From a virus (lineage: Duplodnaviria; Caudoviricetes), in IMG/VR virus record IMGVR_UViG_3300001868_000225, positions 1 to 52,879 of that record: a stretch of DNA of 52,879 nt. One strand, given 5' to 3'. Position 1 is the stretch's first letter. Each line of letters starts with the position of its first letter. The notes under the pieces are model-generated. The model was not told where the DNA came from, did not search any database, and saw only the letters and a list, made by a program, of their open reading frames with translations. This document shows, piece by piece, positions 45,375 through 52,879 of the stretch. The position numbers were made by a program, and so were the translations under genes.

Positions 45375-45629
45375 TTAGATATTAAACTTATTAACCTTGT
45401 TCACAGGTAAAATAAAGGTAACCGGATTGATAATGAAAGGCCGGCGAATAGTAAGGTCGCTGGTGATGACATTTGAGTGTATCAGTTTGCCAAGATCCTG
45501 GTTCCGGCATACAATGATTTGCTTTTGATTCGAGGGTGTTTTGAATATGTAACGGCAGAAAGCTTCGAGAACAGGATAGAGCGAGATGGTGATCTGTGGC
45601 TTTGTATCGAGGGTTACATTTTTTAACAT
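45375..45629 (-). CDS. Truncated paralog of 44829-45359
   Basis: MLKNV..TKPQ..I.L.P.LEAF.R....TP..QK.I.V.R..D.G..I aligns over its whole 84 aa. Confidence 0.65.
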   Translation of the reverse strand: MLKNVTLDTKPQITISLYPVLEAFCRYIFKTPSNQKQIIVCRNQDLGKLIHSNVITSDLTIRRPFIINPVTFILPVNKVNKFNI

Positions 45630-45751
45630 GGGTATATATTCACGGGTTTAACAATTAGTCGTTGTTTTAAAACCGGTGAATGAAGCTTTGCTAAAGTAGT
45701 AACTTATTTTGTTAATCCAAATGGTCAAAAATCTATACCCCTATTTTTTTT

Positions 45752-46000
45752 TCGCGAAGTTGCCTACATTTTCGCTGTTTTGCTTACTTCGCTTACTTCG
45801 CGGGGGTTAACTGTCAATATGTCAGGTTTTTAAATGCGAAGTAAGTAATAAAATTATGTCGTAAATAATTGAGAAAAAAAGTAAGCGAAGTAACTAAAAG
45901 TAAGTTGTAGTAAGCGAATAACATTATTTATGTATGTCTAATTGTTTGAAATACAGTATATTATAAGTAAAAAAGTAAGAGAAGTAAGCGAAGTAACCAT
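45752..46000. repeat. Iteron-like AAGTAAG/GCGAAGTAA repeats, candidate replication origin
   Basis: Several direct copies at 45836-45997, inverted CTTACTTCG x2 at 45783-45800, AT-rich spacer; downstream of primase-helicase. Confidence 0.6.
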
Positions 46001-46245
46001 TTTTAAGTCTAAACCACGCTATTCGCTTTTTATTTTTCGAAAACTCCATTTTTGATGTATTTTTTTTAGCGGGGGGTGAAAAGGGGGGGGGCTTCGACAA
46101 GCTCAGCCACCGGCACCGCTGCCACTATATTGAACAGTATTTTAAAACTAAATTATTAGTTATACCCTTTCTGAATACTACGGCCACACAATTAAAAAAG
46201 CCAGACCCTTTGGGATCTGGCTGCTTCGCGATTGAACACACAATT

Positions 46246-46437
46246 TTACAACCTCGCTAATGCTTCTTTTAGACATTCGAGATAGGTGTACATTGCTCCC
46301 GCCTGAATTATCGAAATAGACCTTTGAATCTGGTCAATCTCATTGGCTTCTTCACTTGCATTGAAAGCATTTAGCCTGTTTAGACTTGCTTCCAGTTCGT
46401 CTTTTTCGGTTTGCAACCTTTGTTTTAAATCACTCAT
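46246..46437 (-). CDS. crAss001_48-like small helical phage protein
   Basis: QRLQTEKDEL...L..F.......QR.....Q..AM..Y...L..R pattern; terminator at 46194-46222. Confidence 0.65.
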   Translation of the reverse strand: MSDLKQRLQTEKDELEASLNRLNAFNASEEANEIDQIQRSISIIQAGAMYTYLECLKEALARL

Positions 46438-46529
46438 ATAGATTGTGGGTTTTATAAAGCCCGCCCAGAGCTATATTTTAAGGTGTGTTTTTCGTGTTTA
46501 TCCTGTAATCATTTAATCCTGTTCAGACA

Positions 46530-46791
46530 TTATTTCGGTACTTCTAAACAAACCGCCTTCAATACTCCGGCTCTCTTGTCAATCCACTCCTGCGAATTAA
46601 CCTGGTAAGTTATACCAGCATGGGTTACAGGTGTGCCGGTCATTAAAATGCTCCTTTGCTCTGCAAACAGGAACTTATGCCGGGTTTTGCCGGTATCTTC
46701 ATCGCGCTGGAGAACGTGAAATTTAACGATCAGAAGGCCATCTTATTAGCGGACCAATCTTAATTTTTTCGAGTAGATATTGTGGTTTCAT
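46530..46791 (-). pseudogene. Frameshifted ~86-aa ORF
   Basis: ATG 46791 (MKPQYLLEKIKIGPLI) continues in the +1 frame as DGLLIVKFHV...LEVPK*; span is 87 codons + 1 nt. Confidence 0.45.
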
Positions 46792-46801
46792 AAGTTTATC
46801 C

Positions 46802-47158
46802 TTAGTTGAATTGGTCTATTCTGTTTTTGTAAGCCAGTTGATTTTCCCTGAAGCGTTTAGTAGTTTCAAATTGTCCGACTGCCTCCCAGGTAGTGTGATA
46901 CTTTACAAAACAATTGACACATAAGCACTGGTTGGTATAATGCTTAATGTAATGTGCCCCGCATTTATAGCAGTTATCATCTACATAATTGTAGTTTTCC
47001 CAATGATCAATTATCCACACTGAACCTGGTTTGGGAACTACATCCTCCTGTCGTTCCAGAAACTTTCCAATGATATATGCTTCATCAATCCGGAACTGCC
47101 GGCAGTCGTCTTCGTCGATCAAACCTGACCGGCACCAATTGTGGTCGTATGAAATCAT
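46802..47158 (-). CDS. Hypothetical protein with CxxC pairs
   Basis: CYKCG and CVNC zinc-finger-like motifs. Confidence 0.6.
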   Translation of the reverse strand: MISYDHNWCRSGLIDEDDCRQFRIDEAYIIGKFLERQEDVVPKPGSVWIIDHWENYNYVDDNCYKCGAHYIKHYTNQCLCVNCFVKYHTTWEAVGQFETTKRFRENQLAYKNRIDQFN

Positions 47159-47169
47159 TATTAACTCGT

Positions 47170-50100
47170 TTAGAATGGTAAATCATCTTTATCCGGATCT
47201 TCCGGATCAGGATCAGTTTTGTTTCCAAAATTGATATTTGCTTGTTTTTCGACCGGAGGTGGTGCGTTGTGATCGTGATCTTCTTCGGCCAGTTCATCGC
47301 CACCGGTTTCGATAAATATATTCAGCAGGTCGTAATCAAAAACGAATGCTGTTGTGCTTGTCCGTTTATTTTTTCCGAGTTCGTTCTTTTCCTGGGCGCC
47401 GGTCCGTGGATCGATCTTCTTAAACGATTCCTTTTTCGTTTCGAATAGAAAGGCTTTCGAGTTGCGCAGGTAGTATTCAATCGTACTTTCGGGCAATGGC
47501 TTGTCACCTTCGCGGAGGCACTGGCTTTTATACATCGAAAATACACGGCTGGTAGTAAGGTAAAATAAGTTTTTGGGGTTAATCCATTGTATTTTCTGAG
47601 TCAGCCATTTGCCGTTTTCCATCTTGGTATAACCGGCTTCTTTGGCATAGATGAGTTTGTAATCACCATCTTCAAAAATCAGGTTCGAGCTGGCCAGGTA
47701 GCTGACAATTTTCCAGAAGTGACCAAGGTCGTCGTTCTTTTTCATTTCACCGTTTTGAGTCAACATCAGCGTCACGGCCAGTTGCATCGTTTCAGTCTGA
47801 TCCCATGTCAATTCAATTTCATCATCAAGAGTAGCATAAGCGGCCATGATCATTAGCCAGTTATTAAATACGCGGGTCTCAACGGGTTGACCTTTCAGCA
47901 ATTCTTCCAGCTTTATCGATACCTGGTCAACTTTCTTCGAATAATTCTCTTTAAAGTATGCCCGGTGCTTCAGTATCTGGTGAGTGATGTGTGTCAGGCC
48001 GCGTTTATTGATTTCTTCCAATTCCTCGTACAATCGAATCTCTTCCTTACTGAATTCCGTCTGAGTGAACGACAGCACCACGAAGCGCGAAAACAGGGCA
48101 ATATCAGCGGTCGCCATTTGCTGGCCACAAACAATCACTCCCTGATCAACCGAGGTCGTTTCCTTCTTTTTGTCCTTATCCATGTTCATGCGCGTGCGAC
48201 CGGTACCATCCCACAATCCCTTCAGGAACTCCCTTTTTTCCATTTCCAGATCATTCCGGTATTCATCGAGCACGCATAAAGCATTCGAACTGGTGGCCAC
48301 ATGATCGGCCAAAGCGGGTTTCGTAGTGTTGTGCAGATTTGGAATCCTTGGCAACCGGCCAAAGAAATGGAGAAGCGATTCGGCGCAGGCATTCTTACCG
48401 GCTCCTTTGGGACCAAACAGGTTCAGCATCGGGTATTTTGAGAACTTCCGGATGATCAGATCCCTGAACAGGCTGGCAAAATAAAAACTAAGTGCAATTT
48501 TACCATTGTCGCCAAATACCTTGGTGAATTTCTTCATGTATTCCCGGAGCGATATATTTCCTTCAACATGTATGAATTTGCGTTCGAATTCGAACAGGTT
48601 TTCTTCTCCGGAGTAAATGCGCGAGGCCGATGGGATGTAATAATTTTCGCCGTTGTTCATTGCGATTCCGTAACTGTCTGTTTCGGTAAATTTGCCGTTG
48701 AAAATGCCGTTTCCCCACACATAGATCCCATCTTTATTCCATCCCATTTGCGCAACTTCCTTGGCCGAATTTGTTTTTTCGTAGAGCCAGGCTTTCAACC
48801 GGTTTAAATCGGTTTCGGATCCGGTCCACAGGAAGTTTCCCAGGCTTTCAATTCTTACCTTGAATGCCGATATCGATACCAGGTCGCGCTGCGGAATCTC
48901 GATTACCCTTACCGTACCATGGTTGTTTTTCACCTCGTATAATCGCTTTGCATTGACTGTACTTTCGATGTGAAACAGCGGGGTCATGGTGAAATTGCTT
49001 TGCTGTTTTGGTGAGCCTTTCGAATCCTGAAAATACATGCAATTGTGATCGACATAGAAACCACGTTCGTAATATTCGTCGAGCGAAACGTTTGCAGGAA
49101 TAGCCCTCGACTTCTTAGTTTCAACCGGCGCTTTATCGGCCAGCCATGTTTTGAAGTGATCCTGCCAAAGCTTTTTTGGACCGATAATCTTTGATATTGC
49201 CTCCAGGTAAACCTCGTGTTTCGAAGGTTCATCATACCGGGTAACCAGGAATGATATTTCTTTGATCAGATCGGACTTGTATGCCGGGTTCTGGCTCTTT
49301 TCTGAAACATTAATTGTTTTCCAAATAATGTAGTCGGGCTGTTCCTGGTTTGCTTTTTCGAACGCTTCAATGGTTTTAAATGCCGTATCCGGATCTTCTT
49401 TTTCCGGGAGGATAATCACCGAAACGTGGAACTGTTCCCTGATCAGGATCTCCGCATTTTTGGCCATTGCTTTCTGTCCAGCCGAATCGCCGTCGTAAAT
49501 CAAAGTGACTTTGTTGGTGTATTGCTTCAGTAATTTGGCCTGATCGACAGTTAAGGCAGTTCCACAGGGTGCAAGCGTATTCGTAATTCCAATCTGGTGC
49601 ATCCGGGTCACATCAAAGTTTCCTTCAACCAGGTAAGCCTTATCTTCTTTCTTGATTTCGTTTCGTGCCAGGTTCAAGGCAAACAATTCATTGCCTTTGC
49701 AATAAATTGGCGTGTCTCCGGTATTCAGGTATTTCGGAATAGCCTTGTCGGTGCTTAGGGTTCGGCCTGTAAAACCTACCACCTTTCCCGACTTGCTGCA
49801 AATCGGAAACATGATCCTATTTCGGAAAGTGTCGTATTCGCGCCCATCTTTAGACTTGATCAGGTCGGCTTCGATCAGCAAATTTAACCCGATCGCATTT
49901 TCTTTTGCCCATTTCAACAGCACATTACCATCAGGCGCAAATCCGATGGAGAACGGCAGAATATTGTTATCGCCTTCGACTGCTTCGCGCTCAGGCGACG
50001 GTGCTTCGATGATCGGAGCATCAGCCACTGAGCTTGTAGAAGTGGCAAGCAACGCTTTCAACTGATCAGAATCAACATCCAAATCAGAAATCAGAACATT

Positions 50101-50775
50101 CCTTGGTTTCGATCCGTTAATTGGGCCAATAATTCCGGCAAGCTCAAGCTGATCAATGATTCTTCCGGCACGATTGTACCCAATCGAAAACTTTTTCTGA
50201 AGTGCTGATGCTAAACATTTTTGACTAAATATAACAAGTTCTGCAGCGGCATATAATAACGAATCGAGTTCGACGACTTCGACAGGCTCAGCCACCGGCG
50301 CTTCTATTTTTGGCTTTACTGGTTCGGTCCATGTTGACGAAAAAGGATCAAACCCACGATCGGCAAGATACCTGATTGCTTCAGGACTGGCTTTTAACTG
50401 ATCGGCAAAGAATTCAGCCGCTTTTTGGCAGGCAATCCGGAGCGCTTCTTTGTGCTTGTATTCTTCGTCGTTAAAGTTCGATTTATCGGCTATCCATGTA
50501 AAATCAAGATTCAGCTTTTTGGCTCCAATTTCAACGGCTTCTTTGAAGCCTACGCCCTGGCTTTCCTGCAAAAAGCTGATGGCATCGCCACCCTTGCCGC
50601 AGCCATAACATTTGTAAATTCCACGGGCTGGAGTAACGGTGAACGAAGGTGTTTTTTCGTTGTGAAACGGGCAACATGCCCTGTATTTATTGCCGATTGT
50701 CTTCAATTCAACGTAATTGCCTATAACCTCGGCAATATCTTCGTTGATGCGGTCAATGACTTCGCGAACATCCAT
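47170..50775 (-). CDS. DnaG-type primase fused to P-loop helicase-like domain, with inserted FtsK-gamma domain
   Basis: CHC2 finger CPFHNEKTPSF..CYGC; FRNRIMFPI, KYLNT, VEG..DV, YDGD.AG, DPD toprim motifs; GPKGAGKN and VLDEY Walker A/B; DDLPF tail. Confidence 0.92.
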   Translation of the reverse strand: MDVREVIDRINEDIAEVIGNYVELKTIGNKYRACCPFHNEKTPSFTVTPARGIYKCYGCGKGGDAISFLQESQGVGFKEAVEIGAKKLNLDFTWIADKSNFNDEEYKHKEALRIACQKAAEFFADQLKASPEAIRYLADRGFDPFSSTWTEPVKPKIEAPVAEPVEVVELDSLLYAAAELVIFSQKCLASALQKKFSIGYNRAGRIIDQLELAGIIGPINGSKPRNVLISDLDVDSDQLKALLATSTSSVADAPIIEAPSPEREAVEGDNNILPFSIGFAPDGNVLLKWAKENAIGLNLLIEADLIKSKDGREYDTFRNRIMFPICSKSGKVVGFTGRTLSTDKAIPKYLNTGDTPIYCKGNELFALNLARNEIKKEDKAYLVEGNFDVTRMHQIGITNTLAPCGTALTVDQAKLLKQYTNKVTLIYDGDSAGQKAMAKNAEILIREQFHVSVIILPEKEDPDTAFKTIEAFEKANQEQPDYIIWKTINVSEKSQNPAYKSDLIKEISFLVTRYDEPSKHEVYLEAISKIIGPKKLWQDHFKTWLADKAPVETKKSRAIPANVSLDEYYERGFYVDHNCMYFQDSKGSPKQQSNFTMTPLFHIESTVNAKRLYEVKNNHGTVRVIEIPQRDLVSISAFKVRIESLGNFLWTGSETDLNRLKAWLYEKTNSAKEVAQMGWNKDGIYVWGNGIFNGKFTETDSYGIAMNNGENYYIPSASRIYSGEENLFEFERKFIHVEGNISLREYMKKFTKVFGDNGKIALSFYFASLFRDLIIRKFSKYPMLNLFGPKGAGKNACAESLLHFFGRLPRIPNLHNTTKPALADHVATSSNALCVLDEYRNDLEMEKREFLKGLWDGTGRTRMNMDKDKKKETTSVDQGVIVCGQQMATADIALFSRFVVLSFTQTEFSKEEIRLYEELEEINKRGLTHITHQILKHRAYFKENYSKKVDQVSIKLEELLKGQPVETRVFNNWLMIMAAYATLDDEIELTWDQTETMQLAVTLMLTQNGEMKKNDDLGHFWKIVSYLASSNLIFEDGDYKLIYAKEAGYTKMENGKWLTQKIQWINPKNLFYLTTSRVFSMYKSQCLREGDKPLPESTIEYYLRNSKAFLFETKKESFKKIDPRTGAQEKNELGKNKRTSTTAFVFDYDLLNIFIETGGDELAEEDHDHNAPPPVEKQANINFGNKTDPDPEDPDKDDLPF

Positions 50776-50781
50776 AGTGTG

Positions 50782-51078
50782 CTATTTTTTTACCTTCAGG
50801 AACAAAAATTTAACTTCGGTCGTATTTTTTAACTCAGGATATTTTTCCTCAATCTTTGTTTTGATCTCCTGCGCATTCCACCCATAATTTCGTAAACAGA
50901 AACAATCAGAAACATCTGACCACGCGTATGTTATTTTAGCATGACAAATGGCAATTGTTTCTTTCTCATTGACTGGATTGATACATTTAATCTCTTCTCC
51001 TATCGCTACTTTAACACCAGGTGGTTGAATAATGTAGAAATAAGATGAGCGCGGCCGGCCTTGAGTAATTATTTGCAT
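50782..51078 (-). CDS. Hypothetical protein
   Basis: 98-aa ORF packed in the operon. Confidence 0.6.
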   Translation of the reverse strand: MQIITQGRPRSSYFYIIQPPGVKVAIGEEIKCINPVNEKETIAICHAKITYAWSDVSDCFCLRNYGWNAQEIKTKIEEKYPELKNTTEVKFLFLKVKK

Positions 51079-52208
51079 GATTGGTAAGTTTCAGGTTTCA
51101 GGTTCAAAGTTTCAAGTTTTGGCCATTCGTGCCATTCCTTTCCATCGAGCAGATCACCGGCAACCTTGCGGCCAACCTTTTGCATAATGGCAACCGGATA
51201 TTGAGCCTGTTGCATGTCGCTACCAGTTTTACAGATTTTACCATCCAGGCTTATACAGGCATCGCCCTTGCGTACCCAGTCTTTTTGAGTAAACCGTTGG
51301 TAGGTATCATACATTTTAAATGTGGATTTACCCGTAGTAAAATCAATCCAGCTGGTTCCCCATTCGCCCCATTGTTTGAAAAAGAAAGGAGTTCCGGCTT
51401 TCTTACACTGGTCGCGCAGCGAGCGAACCCAATCGGGGTGCATTGGCCGTGCTTTGGGACCTGATTCACCACCACAGATAACCCAATCAAGTTTTGAGCC
51501 GTCTGTATATTCTTCTCCTGATGAAAATGCCTTACCAGTCAAGTAGTCATATTGAAGTTCAATTCCTTCACAGAATTTAAATTTTAACGGCCCCAGCATC
51601 GGTTCAATACTTACAAATCGTTTGGCGGCTGGTATCTGTAATAGGATTGGAATTCGGCGGTTGGCTTGCTCCTGGTTCTCGGCAGTTACTCCAAGCCAAA
51701 CGTTTGGAGGGAAAGGTAATCCCCAGCCAACTTGTTTCATTAAAGGCATAACATTTTCGGGGCGTTTGGTCAACAGAATAAAAATATGTTGCCTGTATCT
51801 CGATATTCGATCCAAAACCATTTGAAACATTCCGGAGAAAACTGATTCATGAAATAAATCGCTCATAGAGCAAACGAAAACCATACGTGGCGTTTTCCAT
51901 GTTGATGGTTTATCAAGAACTTCTTTAACTAATCTTGTTTCTCCAGTCCAGCCAATACTTGTAAGTTTTGAAACTTCAGAATAGTGATACCCGTTTTTAC
52001 CATGGTTTTTAAGTTGCATATTGGCAATCCTGAAAGCCATGCGCTCAGCATAACAATTATCGCATCCGGGAGAAACTTTTGTACAACCAATCACCGGGTT
52101 CCATGTTTCGGGTTTGTAGCCGGGCATATTTAGCCAGCTGATTTTGTGCAGCTTGCCGCGCTGTCCTGCTTCAATTTGGTCATGGTAATATTCTTTTGTG
52201 TTTGACAT
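51069..52208 (-). CDS. DUF5131 (phage Gp37/Gp68) family protein
   Basis: TWNPVIGCTKVSPGCDNCYA, FVCSMSDLFH, LTKRP, FVSIEPMLG, WVICGGESG, FFFKQWG. Confidence 0.92.
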   Translation of the reverse strand: MSNTKEYYHDQIEAGQRGKLHKISWLNMPGYKPETWNPVIGCTKVSPGCDNCYAERMAFRIANMQLKNHGKNGYHYSEVSKLTSIGWTGETRLVKEVLDKPSTWKTPRMVFVCSMSDLFHESVFSGMFQMVLDRISRYRQHIFILLTKRPENVMPLMKQVGWGLPFPPNVWLGVTAENQEQANRRIPILLQIPAAKRFVSIEPMLGPLKFKFCEGIELQYDYLTGKAFSSGEEYTDGSKLDWVICGGESGPKARPMHPDWVRSLRDQCKKAGTPFFFKQWGEWGTSWIDFTTGKSTFKMYDTYQRFTQKDWVRKGDACISLDGKICKTGSDMQQAQYPVAIMQKVGRKVAGDLLDGKEWHEWPKLETLNLKPETYQSCK

Positions 52209-52217
52209 GATGATAAT

Positions 52218-52493
52218 TTAAAGATGAGTGTAAAAATTACCGGTCCAGAAATCGAAAATTTCTTTCATCTGGTCATACAATTGCGAGATAACTCCGCTTT
52301 TGGTATAGAATTCAATCTGAAGTTCTTTCGTCTTTTTACGGGCAGTTTCAAGTCGTACCAATAGGGCATCTTCGTATTCGTAGGCTGTATTTAGTTTCGC
52401 CTGTATCGATTTAAGGTCAATCCGATGATCATGAATATCACATTCAATCACCTTTAACTTTTCAGTCAATTTATGTTTTTTTAATTCGTCCAT
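52218..52493 (-). CDS. Coiled-coil hypothetical protein
   Basis: Start MDELKK; heptad-rich. Confidence 0.6.
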   Translation of the reverse strand: MDELKKHKLTEKLKVIECDIHDHRIDLKSIQAKLNTAYEYEDALLVRLETARKKTKELQIEFYTKSGVISQLYDQMKEIFDFWTGNFYTHL

Positions 52494-52543
52494 GATTTTA
52501 TTCTTGATTGGTTGTTTTTTAATCCTGAAAATCATTTAATCCT

Positions 52544-52879
52544 TTAATCCTGTTCAAGACTAGGTTTTCCGGTTGTGCTCAGAACTTTAAATTTTACTAC
52601 CCAAACCCATGGGTTGATAATTACATGAAGTGGTTTATTTCGGTATTCTCCGTAAAATTTCCTCCAGGTTTTTTCGTAGTCTTCCTGATCCCAGGCAATG
52701 GCCGTGTACGAAAGTATTTTACCCGTTTCTCCACGTTCTCTTACTGGCTTTGGCTTTCCGTTAATTGACAGGAAAAGAGATTTAAATGATAGTCTTGGAT
52801 TGCTATAATATGTTTCGCCAGTTTTACTTTGGTAATCCTTCCATGAGTCATCTCCAAATCGTTCTATTCCTTCAGCAAT
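52544..52879 (-). CDS. Partial (C-terminal) ASCH-like phage protein
   Basis: Open frame from the window edge: IAEGIE...SFKSLFLSING...NPWVWVVKFKV. Confidence 0.7.
   Translation of the reverse strand: MAEGIERFGDDSWKDYQSKTGETYYSNPRLSFKSLFLSINGKPKPVRERGETGKILSYTAIAWDQEDYEKTWRKFYGEYRNKPLHVIINPWVWVVKFKVLSTTGKPSLEQD

Larger units (their letters stand above)
612..52879. mobile_element. Tailed prophage integrated at tRNA-His, continuing past the right edge
   Basis: Integrase, lysis, tail, tape measure, portal, terminase, capsid, protease and primase modules in one co-oriented block. Confidence 0.95.

Noticed and set aside
46071-46091. G-runs as a G-quadruplex or phase-variation tract
   Set aside because: Only two long runs, intergenic and beside a REP; homopolymer length may be unreliable

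Overview
Left part (~52 kb) of a tailed dsDNA prophage, probably siphovirus-like, integrated at a tRNA-His gene (612-688). The host is probably Bacteroidota, inferred from TAnnTTTG promoters, protein families and REP types. The + strand carries one host gene, tRNA-His and a tyrosine integrase; almost everything else is on the minus strand. Module order along the window: lysis (holin, GH108 endolysin, lipoproteins/u-spanin), tail and fibre genes, tape measure, a moron block (DEDDh-BRCT exonuclease, HicAB, LMW-PTP), head-tail and portal genes, a ~10 kb accessory island, terminase, PLD/DHH/Stealth-like enzymes, tail tube, capsid, protease, an iteron-rich ori candidate, a DnaG primase-helicase and DUF5131. 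The right att site lies outside the window. Four observations stand out. (1) The island between terminase and portal is built from cassettes, each led by a 130-270 nt long-hairpin element (3 sequence families, 6 copies, with covariation). It also holds an ibrAB cassette bounded by attC-like hairpins. Together this resembles a plasmid leading region made of ssDNA-type signals inside a dsDNA phage. (2) An FtsK-gamma domain is inserted in the primase and bracketed by inverted REP copies. (3) A 7-copy motif GTCCTTT-N20-nAnnTTTG with invariant spacing sits ahead of late genes. (4) REP sequences are repeatedly translated in frame inside phage proteins. All calls come from reading the sequence by eye; no searches were run.
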